A DNA stretch of 64,000 bases from an uncultured delta proteobacterium (GCA_963840855.1 CAWJBB010000031.1:13753-77752); one strand, 5' to 3'; counted from the stretch's first letter, positions 39,835 to 49,819 are shown. Notes: generated from the letters alone by a model not told the origin. Translations and numbers: made by a program.

Positions 39835-40925
39835 GTATTATTGTCCAGCACCGTCGCGCCCATCCGGCAGAGCCCATTGGCCAGCGACGCCACACCGATT
39901 GCCTCGAGGAGCTGCGGGCCCGAGAGGCGGTCGCGGAGCATACGGGCGCGGCGCTGTAGCGGCGCGGGCTCGTACCAGATCGTTTCGCGAGCGAACGGCA
40001 CGAGCAGCCGCTCGATGGCGTCAAGCTCGGGCGCGTCGAGATGAGTCAGGACTTGGGCGAGCGTCGATTCCTTCAATCCCTCTCTCCGGAGAGCTTCACT
40101 CACCTCCGGCGCGCAGACCTCGCACCCCAGCCCGCGCGCGATGACGGCGATCATCAGAAGTTTGCAGCGTCGCGTGAGATGGGGAGACGCCCACATCTCT
40201 GCGAGCGTTCGCGCCAATATCGCGCCGATCGGAGAACCCGCGTAGGTTTCCACGAGCCGGCCGTAGGCATAGGGCGGCACGGCGTCCAGCACGGTGGGCC
40301 GCCCGCGATAACGATGTCTTTTAACGATCAAACCGAGCAAGGGCCGGAGCAGCCGTACGAAAAGGCGATCGGGCATGCTCTCGATGGAATACGCAGGAAT
40401 CGCGGGAATCGTATGGGCGCGGTTGTTGAAGTCCGTCAATGCCGCTGTGAACGCGATCTCTTTCATCTCTTCGATCCCCAAGCCCGAACGACGCAAAGTC
40501 TCACGGGCAGCTTGCGCTCCTGCAGGACCCGAGCGTGACTGGCTCCGCCCGAAGGCGATCGCCGCCATCGTCCGCGGCGGCAGATCAGCGCGCGCCACTT
40601 CCTGTTCCATGCGCTGGATACGCCGCCAGGACATTCCCTGAGCCCACAGTAACGCCCGCACGGCAGCGTAGCAGAAACGGCACGAGTTCTCCTGACTTAC
40701 CACAAGCACGACGAGGTCCGCGATCGCTTGATCGAGGTGCATCAGCAGCCCGTACTCGGGATGCAGATCGATTACCGCCCGTGCCATCCAGGGAACGGAC
40801 GCGAAGTAAGCGATCATCGGGTTCGGAATCCCCCACCTTCGCCGGGCATAGGACTGTAACGCCGGGTCTGGAAAGGGCTCGACCAGGCACGACTCCCATT
40901 CAACCTGTTGCAGGACACCGTTCAT
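39831..40925 (-). CDS. Tandem carboxymuconolactone decarboxylase/AhpD-like protein
   Basis: VSQENSCRFC and ARGLGCEVC CxxC motifs in two halves; stop overlaps the cyclase ATG. Confidence 0.75.
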   Translation of the reverse strand: MNGVLQQVEWESCLVEPFPDPALQSYARRRWGIPNPMIAYFASVPWMARAVIDLHPEYGLLMHLDQAIADLVVLVVSQENSCRFCYAAVRALLWAQGMSWRRIQRMEQEVARADLPPRTMAAIAFGRSQSRSGPAGAQAARETLRRSGLGIEEMKEIAFTAALTDFNNRAHTIPAIPAYSIESMPDRLFVRLLRPLLGLIVKRHRYRGRPTVLDAVPPYAYGRLVETYAGSPIGAILARTLAEMWASPHLTRRCKLLMIAVIARGLGCEVCAPEVSEALRREGLKESTLAQVLTHLDAPELDAIERLLVPFARETIWYEPAPLQRRARMLRDRLSGPQLLEAIGVASLANGLCRMGATVLDNNT

Positions 40926-41007
40926 GATCTGACTCGAACGCGGTGGCTGACCGACCGGAGACAAATTCGCGTCATGCGCGGCTCCTTGAGCTTCATCGGA
41001 TAAATAT

Positions 41008-41088
41008 GTTCAAGCCGTTCAAAACGTTCAAGCCGTTCAAAACGTTGAACTGTTCCAAACGTTCCAGCGCTTTCAGGTGTTCCAAACG
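41008..41088. repeat. Tandem GTTCAA 9-mer array
   Basis: gttcaagcc gttcaaaac gttcaagcc gttcaaaac gttgaact gttccaaac gttccagc ... gttccaaac. Confidence 0.9.
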
Positions 41089-41620
41089 TGCGGGCATCGA
41101 GGTCAAATCTCGTATTTTGATATTGCGGATTTTCGTTGGTAACACCACGTTTTCGACGTGAGAGCGCGGTCCTGTGTTTCAGTTTGGACGAATTATTCGG
41201 GATTACCCACTGAGCCCGGCAGAGGGCCTGACGAATAACGAGGTCTGAGAAAAGGGGTCGGGATGAGTCTTTTCTTGATGAAGAAGCGCTTTATGCGATA
41301 GATGCACGAGCTAAAAGTCCATTTACAACATTTAGGGTCAAATCTTTTGTTGACAGTTGACCGATAAAGAACGCAAACGGAAAGAGGAGGGCGGCGCCCT
41401 CATAAAAGAAATCAATCGACGACGCGACGTATGGTTTGAGCTCGGATCGAACTGGTTGAAGCGCGAGGTCAATTCAAATTCTGGACAATCTTGCAGAACG
41501 CCCCAGTGATCCTCGTGACGTCCGGCGAATCAATAGCGGACTGGGCACGGAATGCGCACAATGAGCACACGCACCAGCCTGAGAACCCGGAATCCGAATG
41601 CACTAAGTAGTGAATTCTTT

Positions 41621-41706
41621 TGGTGCCGGAGGAGGGACTTGAACCCTCACGGGGTTGCCCCCACCGAATTTTGAGTCCGGCGCGTCTGCCGTTCCACCAC
41701 TCCGGC
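41621..41706 (-). tRNA. tRNA-Leu (anticodon CAA), 86 nt with encoded CCA
   Basis: GCCGGAG acceptor, anticodon arm CCGGA-CTCAAAA-TTCGG, long variable arm, GGTTCAAGTCC T-loop, CACCA end. Confidence 0.97.
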
Positions 41707-41722
41707 ACGATAGGATAATCAA

Positions 41723-42868
41723 TCACTTACGCCCGCCTGCGGCTTGCTCGGTTTGCTCACTGTGTGAGTTTTGTCGGTGTCCGTTTTCGAGCTCGGCGAC
41801 CTTGGCAGCTTTCGCTTCGTTCTCAAGATAGCGTTGATACGCTTCTTCTGCAAGCTCGGTGTCCACGGTGTCAACGATTCGATAAAGCTTGTAGATCTGC
41901 AAGGTCTTCCGGTTCATGTACTTGCTCGCGACGGTCTCCGGTACGCCTGCGCGGGACAAGTTCACGGCACAACTCCGACACAAAGCATGGTCCGTAACTC
42001 CGCCGAGTTTAGCCTCGCTCGTGGCCCGTTTCCACTCATCGCGAAAATCCTTTATTCGCCGACCGTTTCGATGAAAAATGAACGGGCAATCAAGTCGAAG
42101 CTTTTCCTTCCGGCGTAGAAGCACGGCGCGCATGGTGGGGAATTTCTTAAACGACAACAACGCCCCTTGCTTGTTCTTGGAGATCGCATGCCGGAGTTTG
42201 ACGGTCTCGCGCTGCCAATCAACGTCCTTTTTCTCCAGACGCATGATCGAGCCGACGCGCCACCCTGAGGCATACTGAAACTCGATGAGATCCCGGACAT
42301 CGGTGTCGTGAAACTTTGTCAACAGCCGGGTGAAGTCCGCGGCTTCCACGTAATCGTCGCGCTTGTTTTCGTTCGGGAGGAGTTCGATCACCGGCGCCGC
42401 GGCGAGCTTCCCGAGCTTGCAAGAGAGCCGAAGCATTCGCCGGAGGTAGCGCAGCTCGCCGTTGATCGTGGCGATCGCGGCCTTCTCCTCGATTCGTCGA
42501 TCGATGTGCTTGTTGATCTTGGCGAGATCGATGTCGGCGGGGCGTGTGAATTCGAAAGAGACGGCGAGCGGCTTGATCTTATGCTCTACGTCTTCCCAAG
42601 AGCGGTTACCCTTCCGCTTATAATCCGCCTTCATGAGCTCCACCATGTCGGTGTAATAAAATTTCTGCTGGCGGAGCGCGTAAGCGCCCTTCCCGATTTC
42701 CTCTAGCCGGCGTCGGAGCAGCGCCCTAGCCTTCGCCTCGCTGTCGGTCTTCGCCGACTCGACACGCTCGCGGCCGCGGAACCAATAGGCGATGGAGTAG
42801 TTTGGTGACTCTTTGATCGTGCCGTCGGGAAGCTTCCAGGCGCGCTTGAATACTCGGCCTACCGCCAT
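41723..42868 (-). CDS. Tyrosine recombinase/integrase with an atypical active site
   Basis: Arm-binding N-terminus, [35 protein letters not shown]; stop lies 16 nt before the tRNA 5' end. Confidence 0.9.
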   Translation of the reverse strand: MAVGRVFKRAWKLPDGTIKESPNYSIAYWFRGRERVESAKTDSEAKARALLRRRLEEIGKGAYALRQQKFYYTDMVELMKADYKRKGNRSWEDVEHKIKPLAVSFEFTRPADIDLAKINKHIDRRIEEKAAIATINGELRYLRRMLRLSCKLGKLAAAPVIELLPNENKRDDYVEAADFTRLLTKFHDTDVRDLIEFQYASGWRVGSIMRLEKKDVDWQRETVKLRHAISKNKQGALLSFKKFPTMRAVLLRRKEKLRLDCPFIFHRNGRRIKDFRDEWKRATSEAKLGGVTDHALCRSCAVNLSRAGVPETVASKYMNRKTLQIYKLYRIVDTVDTELAEEAYQRYLENEAKAAKVAELENGHRQNSHSEQTEQAAGGRK

Positions 42869-43023
42869 AGCTGTGATCCCCTATTTAGATCGAGCTTTGC
42901 TGGATCGTCTTTCATCAGCTCTGCATTTTCAGCTTAACAAATATCGATTTTCCATATGGACCTCGTTTGCACAATAAAAAAGGCCGGGCTCCTCTCCCGC
43001 GCCATGCGAGAAGAAGTCGCGGC

Positions 43024-43054
43024 CCTCGTGTCGGCAGTTCGATTCTGTCCCTAG
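43024..43054 (+). other. 3' fragment of a tRNA-Phe-like gene (att-like relic)
   Basis: CCTC-GTGTC-GGCAG-TTCGATT-CTGTC-CCTAG: anticodon 3' strand, variable loop, intact T-arm, start of acceptor strand. Confidence 0.65.
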
Positions 43055-44497
43055 CAGCCTGTGGTGAAAGTCGCGCACGGAGTGGCGGTAGTTGGTGTTG
43101 CGAAATCGACAGGAACAAAGATTCGTAGTAAAGTTTTCCGTATGGCGATGGGACAACGAACACACGAAGAGCAAGCGGCGATTTGGGTGGCGGTCAGCGA
43201 GCTACCGCGGTCGGTGAGTCACCCGTTCTACGAGAAGCTAAATCGGCTGTTGGCCGAGCATGGATTCGACGACTTCGTCGAGGCGCAGTGCCGGCCATTC
43301 TATGCGGAGAAGATGGGGCGGCCCAGTCTGGCACCGGGACAATATTTCCGTCTCCTCTTGCTTGGCTACTTCGAAGGCCTGGACTCGGAACGCGGCATCG
43401 CCTGGCGTGCGGCGGACTCCTCAGGAGTGCGGGCGTTTCTCGGGCTCGCGCTGACAGAGGCGGCGCCGGATCATTCGACGATATCGCGGACGCGGCGATT
43501 GATCGACCTGGACACCCATCGGGCGGTGTTCAGATGGGTTCTTCAGTGTCTGGGCATCGCCGGCCTGGTCAAGGGGAAAACGATTGCGATAGACGCCACG
43601 ACGCTCGAAGCGAATGCGGCCCTGCGCAGCATCGTGCGCCGCGACACCGGGGAGAGCTATCACGAGTTTTTGACCAAGCTGGCTCAGGCCTCTGGCATTG
43701 AGACCCCCACGCGGGAGGATCTCGCTAAGCTGGATCGCAAGCGCAAGAAGAAAGGGTCGAACAAGGACTGGGAACATCCGCACGACCCCGACGCGCGCAT
43801 CACCAAGATGAAGGACGGGCGCACCCATTTAGCGCACAAAGCCGAGCATGCGGTGGACCTGGAGACCGGTGCGATCGTGGCCGTCACGCTACAGGAGGCC
43901 GATCAGGGCGATACCACAACGATCCAGACCACGCTGCCCGAAGCGGTCGAGCAGTTGGAAGCCGTAGCCGCCGTCACCGACGATGTGGTGAGGACGGGGG
44001 AGGAACTGGTCGCCGACAAGGGCTATCACAGCAAGCAAACCGTGCTCGATGTACAGTCCCTGGGACTGCGCAGCTACATCAGCGAACCGGATCGGGGTCG
44101 GCAGCACTGGATCGATCAGCACGCCGAGCGCGACGCAGTGTATGCCAATCGGCGGCGCATCGAGGGTGAGCGCGGGCAGCAGTTGATGCGGCGACGGGGT
44201 GAGTTGTTGGAGCGACCCAATGTTCTCCTCTATGATACCGGCGGGATGCGGCGGACTCATCTGCGTGGGCACGGCAACATTCTCAAACGGCTGCTCGTGC
44301 ACGTGGCGGCCTGCAATCTGGGCCTGTGGATGCGCACATTGACGGGCATTGGAACGCCACACGGCCTGCAGGGCCGCCTGGCCATCGTACTGGCTTTCTT
44401 TTTTACTCTGTGGGGAGTCCTGCGCAACCGAGTAACCGCGCATCGCCGCCGAGGACTCGATCTGAGACTAATTGCGATCCCAAGTTACCGCCTCGCA
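43055..44497 (+). mobile_element. IS1182/IS5-like insertion sequence, right end missing (transposase from ATG 43142)
   Basis: GRPS..P, PDHSTISRTR, IDATTLEANA, DPDAR, ADKGY motifs; left end cagcctgtggtgaaagt follows CTAG; no matching right IR seen. Confidence 0.85.
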
Positions 44498-44500
44498 CAG

Positions 44501-44900
44501 GCCGGTTTGGTTCTCGAAGAACTTTTGCTGCGTCGTCACATCCGTCGCGTACCGGTTCTTTGCCCGGCGTTGCTACAACGCCAGTGGAAAATCGAGCTTC
44601 GCCGTAAGTTCAATCTCGAATTCGAGATTATCGATTCCGAGTCCACGTTCCAGCTCCGTCGTCGTATGGGGATCGACACAAATCCGTGGAAAAGCATTCC
44701 CTCGGATCATAACGTCGATGGAGTACCTGAGAATGCCTGACGTACTGCAGCAGTTTCTTCGTGCATCGGGGGACAGCCCTGATTTGCGGTCTAATGGTCA
44801 TACCCTTGCTCATGCTCCGTGGGATGCGCTGATTGTGGACGAATATCATCATTTCGCTCCGCAGGCAGGGAATCGGGCGAGCCCACGCACAAGGATATAA
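44501..44900 (+). pseudogene. Internal fragment of an SNF2 helicase (DISARM DrmD-like), frameshifted near 44690
   Basis: AGLVLEELLLRRHIRRV..CPALLQRQW..ELRRKF...NPWK / AFPRIITSMEYLR...WDALIVDEYHH. Confidence 0.75.
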
Positions 44901-45227
44901 TGTTACCCAACAAATTTGGAAGCATAATACTGCAATGTAGGAACGCTGTGGGTAAAGGGACCCGCTGTCTTTTCAATGCGTCGCTTTTAATAGGTGTCGA
45001 CCATCCTTTGAATTTCATCCGCATTATTGGTTTTCGTAAGCGCAAAGGAGAACAGCAACCGTGCTTTCCACGGTTGCAGGTTGTCGCCGGCGACGAGACC
45101 GAGAAGACAAAAGGGAAGATAGGGGAATCGAAACGAAAGAAAAATAGGTTCACGAGATTGAAAATGCGACTGAACGAGATCCGCAACCGCTGAACGTTAC
45201 CATACGTGATATGTTGACGGGGTCAAG

Positions 45228-46169
45228 TTGAAAATTAGCGTAATTATTTGCACCTACAATCGCGCGGCCAGCTTGTATCGAGCTTTATTGAGTCTAAATT
45301 CCATGGACGTGCCCAAGGATTTCTCCTGGGAAATACTTGTGGTGGACAATAACTCAAATGATGACACGAAACGCATTACTGCGAGTTTTGTCCAGCGCGC
45401 TGATGTATATGTTGAAGTCCGATACGTGTTTGAAGGCAGACAGGGGCTCAATCATGCGCGCAATGCCGGGATCAAGGCTGCTGCGGGAGACTTTCTGTTT
45501 TACATCGACGACGACGTTGAGGTTACCAGCAACTGGCTCACGGAAATGAAAAACGCGTTCGACCGCTATCCGGTGATAGGGGTCGGTGGCAGGGTACTGC
45601 TCAAGAAGAACCTGAAAAAACCGCCGTGGTGGAGAATGGAGTATGACGACGCGCTAGGAAAGTTCGACCATGGCGATAGCGTCATTCTTTCTGATGCCAG
45701 CTATAGAGGCATCATCGGAATTGGCGCAAACCTTGGCTTCAAAAGGTCCGCTTTTGATAAGCATGGATTGTTTCGTTCGGACCTTGACAGACGGAAAAAT
45801 AAGCTATCAGTGGGGGGCGATACTGAATTTGTCCAACGGGTAAAAAACGGCGGCGATTTATCCATGTACTATCCTGGCGCCGTCGTATATCATTGCCCGA
45901 TGGGAAGCCGGTTCACGAAGTCCTATCTCCGGCGTTGGTATTTTCGTATAGGAGAGTGGCAGGCGCTGAAATTCCCCGGGAAAGCGAGCAAACCCCTCTT
46001 GCTTTTCACAATACCAAGAAGGAGATACCGGCAAATGCTAGCACAATCGTGGCACGCCATGGCTTCATTTTTGACAGGGCGTCTGGATGACGGGTTTTAT
46101 CACGAACTTCAGTTTATTTCAGTTCTTGGCTACTTTTTCGGAGCAGCAAAGAATTGGCTTGTCAAATGA
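45228..46169 (+). CDS. GT2 glycosyltransferase
   Basis: SVIICTYNR, VVDNNSND, ARNAG, YIDDD, GANLGF. Confidence 0.92.
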   Translation: MKISVIICTYNRAASLYRALLSLNSMDVPKDFSWEILVVDNNSNDDTKRITASFVQRADVYVEVRYVFEGRQGLNHARNAGIKAAAGDFLFYIDDDVEVTSNWLTEMKNAFDRYPVIGVGGRVLLKKNLKKPPWWRMEYDDALGKFDHGDSVILSDASYRGIIGIGANLGFKRSAFDKHGLFRSDLDRRKNKLSVGGDTEFVQRVKNGGDLSMYYPGAVVYHCPMGSRFTKSYLRRWYFRIGEWQALKFPGKASKPLLLFTIPRRRYRQMLAQSWHAMASFLTGRLDDGFYHELQFISVLGYFFGAAKNWLVK

Positions 46170-46191
46170 CCTCTGTGGTAAGACGAATCCT

Positions 46192-46956
46192 ATGCGTACC
46201 CTGACTTATCAATTTGACCTTATCTCTCATCTCGTTCAACGTGATTTTCGCTTACACTATACCGGGTCAATATTAGGAGTTCTCTGGTCAGTTGTGCTCC
46301 CCCTCGTCCAGCTGTTGGTGTTTGTCTTTCTTTTCAGCAGAGTCGTCCCATTAGACATCGATGACTATCCGGCTTTTGTTTTTAGCGCTTTGCTGCCTTG
46401 GACTTGGTTCAGTAATTGTGTCAGTTCAGCGGCTGGTGTCTTTACTGGCAATCGCGATATGCTCCGAAGACCTCGTTTTGCACCTGCGACATTAATCGTT
46501 GTCAACACGCTATCAAATCTTCTGACCTATTTGGTCAGTTTGCCCATTCTGTTCGGTGTGCTTGCATGGCATGGCCGCACTTTAAGCGTAGCCCTATTGT
46601 TGTTTCCACTTTTACTCCTCATCCAGAGCATTTTATTGATTGGGCTCGGACTGATTGTAGCAACGCTAAACGTTTTTTATCGAGACATTCAATATCTCAC
46701 CCGGGTGGCGCTCTCGCTCCTATTTTATTTGATCCCTGTTTTCTATCGCCCACAGCAACTCGGTACGAATTATTCTGAAATTCTGATGATGAATCCAATC
46801 GCGGTGTTGATCCAAAGTTATCGAGATATTTTCTTTTTTCAGCGTACGCCAGAATGGAACGCGCTCTTTTTTACTACTGTCGCTAGTCTCGTTACGGGTA
46901 GCCTCGGATACCTAATTTACTGCCGTCAGCAGCCACACATCATCGATGCCCTCTAG
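46192..46956 (+). CDS. wzm: Polysaccharide ABC-2 exporter permease (Wzm)
   Basis: RDFRLHYTGSILGVLWS, LLPWTWFS, FYRDI, NPIAVLIQSYR. Confidence 0.9.
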   Translation: MRTLTYQFDLISHLVQRDFRLHYTGSILGVLWSVVLPLVQLLVFVFLFSRVVPLDIDDYPAFVFSALLPWTWFSNCVSSAAGVFTGNRDMLRRPRFAPATLIVVNTLSNLLTYLVSLPILFGVLAWHGRTLSVALLLFPLLLLIQSILLIGLGLIVATLNVFYRDIQYLTRVALSLLFYLIPVFYRPQQLGTNYSEILMMNPIAVLIQSYRDIFFFQRTPEWNALFFTTVASLVTGSLGYLIYCRQQPHIIDAL

Positions 46957-46964
46957 TCTCGGCT

Positions 46965-48218
46965 ATGCCCACGATATTGATAGTAGAGTCCGTCTCCAAA
47001 CAATTTCATCTCCGGGGAGGGCGTCCAGTAACAATCCGTGGACTAATCACTCGTTGCCTCAGCGGCGGACCTTGGAGAAATCGGACGTTGTGGGCATTGC
47101 GCGACGTCAGTTTTACCGTGGAACAAGGGCAAGTGCTTGGAATCATTGGTCACAACGGCGCGGGCAAAAGTACACTGCTGCGCTTAATTTGCGGATTAGG
47201 GCGGCCCACTGCGGGGCGGATTCGTTGCACGGGTCTTGTCAGCGGCTTGCTCGAACTCGGCAGCGGATTTCACCCGGACCTTACCGGACGGGAGAATATT
47301 CTCACAGCTGGTTTACTGAATGGCAGGACAAGAAAACAGGTCCAGGCGGGAGAAAAGGAGATCATCGCCTTCGCCGAGCTGGAAGATTTTATCGATCAAC
47401 CAGTTCGCACGTATTCGAGCGGTATGTATCTGCGTCTCGCCTTCGCCGTTGCCATGCACTTTGACCCCGAGGTTCTAATTCTTGACGAGGTTTTAGCGGT
47501 CGGAGATGCGCGCTTTCAGCAGAAGTGCCTTGATCGATTGGTAACCTTCCGCAAAGCCCGCAAGACCCTGATCCTGACCTCGCACGATATGATGCAAATT
47601 AAGACATTATGTGATCAGGTTGTTGTCTTAGAAGAAGGTCGCATAGTCATGCAAGGTGACCCGGAAAGCGCCGAGCAGTGCTACTATGATTTGATGCGTC
47701 AACGAACTGAAAAGCGCGCGGCACAGATTTCGGGAACCGCTAACTCTCTTAGCCTTGCCGTCTCGCAGGGCAGCCGGCAGGGAACGCAGGAAGCGACGAT
47801 CTGTGACGTGCGTTTCTACGACAAGAGTGAGCAAGTGACCGACCGCATGCAATCTGGCGATAGCCTGACAATCGAACTGGAATACCGCTTGGAAAAACCG
47901 CTGGCCGATCTCGCGCTTAATCTGGGAATCTCCAACGAAGCTTATGTAAACTGCTTTGAAATCGCCGTTCTTTCGACTCGAGCGACGTTCGGTCCCCTGG
48001 CTAGCGCGGGCATCTTGCGCTGCCATTTTCCCGAAATACCGCTTCTTCCTGGCTGCTATTACGTAAACGTCGGGCTCTATCCCATCGACTGGGGTTATAA
48101 GTACGACCATCATTGGCATATGCATCCTTTGAAAATATTGCAGAACCCGGGAGAACCGTCTCAAGTAACTGGCGTGGTTTCACTCAATCCGCGTTGGTCT
48201 GCTCCAGAAACACTTTAA
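46965..48218 (+). CDS. wzt: Polysaccharide ABC exporter ATPase with C-terminal Wzt_C domain
   Basis: WALRDVSF, GHNGAGKST, YSSGM, LDEVLAVGD, plus ~170 aa C-terminal beta domain. Confidence 0.92.
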   Translation: MPTILIVESVSKQFHLRGGRPVTIRGLITRCLSGGPWRNRTLWALRDVSFTVEQGQVLGIIGHNGAGKSTLLRLICGLGRPTAGRIRCTGLVSGLLELGSGFHPDLTGRENILTAGLLNGRTRKQVQAGEKEIIAFAELEDFIDQPVRTYSSGMYLRLAFAVAMHFDPEVLILDEVLAVGDARFQQKCLDRLVTFRKARKTLILTSHDMMQIKTLCDQVVVLEEGRIVMQGDPESAEQCYYDLMRQRTEKRAAQISGTANSLSLAVSQGSRQGTQEATICDVRFYDKSEQVTDRMQSGDSLTIELEYRLEKPLADLALNLGISNEAYVNCFEIAVLSTRATFGPLASAGILRCHFPEIPLLPGCYYVNVGLYPIDWGYKYDHHWHMHPLKILQNPGEPSQVTGVVSLNPRWSAPETL

Positions 48219-48224
48219 AACGCC

Positions 48225-48579
48225 GTGGCCGGAAAGCGAGACTAAATGCAGGACTGTCCATTGTCTTTCCTCATGCTTAAAATTGTGGACGCCACGTGGC
48301 TATTTCGTGACTCCACGCTGTACACTGGCCCGCCAAATCAAACGGACCTTCTTCCTTGAAACACGTGGCGCATCACTTGGCGGTCGCGCACGTCATCGTC
48401 GTGGGCTCGAAAGTTCTGCGTGTTCTGCATCAGACGACGCAGGTTGCAGCGGGTGTCCAGCTCGGGCCGAAGAAGGTCTGCTAGCATGCTGTCGATTCCG
48501 ACGACGGGCCGGACGCGTTGACCAAAAAGCCCGACCCCGCAGACCCGATGAATTTGCTGGACACAAGGTCAGCCTTCAT
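48225..48579 (-). pseudogene. Decayed paralog of the NAD-dependent epimerase at 55717-56772
   Basis: Across frames: VVGIDSMLADL..PELDTRCNLRRLMQNTQNFRAHDDDVRDR / FKEEGPFDL...SHE, versus [55 protein letters not shown]. Confidence 0.75.
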
Positions 48580-49784
48580 CTTTCTTCTCTCCCGACCGGT
48601 TGTGTTTCTCTCAGATAGATGACCTGTGCCTCGAGCAACATTAAGACATAATCCACAAAGCGGGTCCCCACGAGGATAATGGCAATGGACCAGAAGAAAG
48701 ACATTGCGATAAACCGGGACCAATGTTCAAAGGTAGCGCCCGTGTGCACCAGTTCAAGAAAACTGGGCAGCACCAAGAGTCCTCCCACGGTTATAAGCCC
48801 GAGCGGAACCAGCCAAAAACCTGGGCTCCGGACAAACCGGGAAACAGCCTGAAACCTCCAGCCCATCTTCCTCTTCTCTGCGAGGGCGATTTGCACCACC
48901 CGGGCGCTCAAGTAACTGGCTGACAAAAACAGGAAGGCGATGATACCCGCAAGATGGCTTACTACAAAACGGTAGATCATCCATTCCTGAACGGCCTGGT
49001 GTCGGAGATAATATATAACCGGGGTTACCATCAAGAGGCATGCGCAACTGAAAGAAACTAGACTCAAGATAATGAGGGGCCGGGCAGGACGGTATAGAAA
49101 AGATGCTTCCAAAATGGCTTTCAGGAAACGCACCCCGTCCTTCCCCAGCCGGAGTTTGGATTCACCTTCCCGCTCATGGTAGGGCATGTCGATTTCCCGG
49201 ATCCGCAGGTTCCCCAGAACAGCCCGGGCGCTCATGGCCGGGGTGAAGTGCAATCCGTCCGGAAGGGGAAGAAGCGTCCAAAGGCTTCCCCGGCGGACCA
49301 CACGCATACCGCTCGCGGTATCGCTCACGCGGGAGGAGGATAAAAGGCTTAAGAGGGTTGAGAAGAGCCGGTTCCCAAATCGGCGGACCCACGGCATTCT
49401 GCTATCTTTATTTAGACGGGAACCAAGAACCATTTCGGCTTCTTCTCGGACTATCGTCGAGCAAAGTTGAGCAAAAAAACGAGGCTCGCAAGTTCCATCA
49501 GCGTCTAAAAACCCGAGAAGGTCGGCATCGGATTGGCGCCAAGCTTCTTTGATTGCGGCGCCATAACCTCGATTCTTCGGAAAAACAATGAGTTTGATCC
49601 TTTCGCCGAATTCACGCGCACGTTCAACCGTCCGGTCCGTTGATCCGTCGCTGACGACGGTAATATCCACTTCGGTCACCGGAGAATAGGTCGTGATTTC
49701 GTCCTTTGCTGCGATACAGCGTTTAATGATACCCTGGATGCTCTCCTCTTCATTTAGCGCGGGAATCGCGATAAGTAATTTCAT
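48576..49784 (-). CDS. DPM-synthase-like GT2 (polyprenol-phosphate glycosyltransferase) with C-terminal TMs
   Basis: IPALNEEE, SDGSTD, NRGYGAA, LDADG, DTASGMR, REGESKL. Confidence 0.9.
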   Translation of the reverse strand: MKLLIAIPALNEEESIQGIIKRCIAAKDEITTYSPVTEVDITVVSDGSTDRTVERAREFGERIKLIVFPKNRGYGAAIKEAWRQSDADLLGFLDADGTCEPRFFAQLCSTIVREEAEMVLGSRLNKDSRMPWVRRFGNRLFSTLLSLLSSSRVSDTASGMRVVRRGSLWTLLPLPDGLHFTPAMSARAVLGNLRIREIDMPYHEREGESKLRLGKDGVRFLKAILEASFLYRPARPLIILSLVSFSCACLLMVTPVIYYLRHQAVQEWMIYRFVVSHLAGIIAFLFLSASYLSARVVQIALAEKRKMGWRFQAVSRFVRSPGFWLVPLGLITVGGLLVLPSFLELVHTGATFEHWSRFIAMSFFWSIAIILVGTRFVDYVLMLLEAQVIYLRETQPVGREER

Positions 49785-49819
49785 AACTTACTCTTGAAAA
49801 CCCAGGCTCCGTAAGAAAT

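Noticed and set aside
931-41088. GTTCAA arrays as CRISPR
   Set aside because: Units are 7-9 bp with no unique spacers, and there are no cas genes in the window.
48300-48480. Minus-strand frame with two TGA-Cys pairs suggesting a selenoprotein
   Set aside because: The region is explained as a frameshifted epimerase pseudogene.
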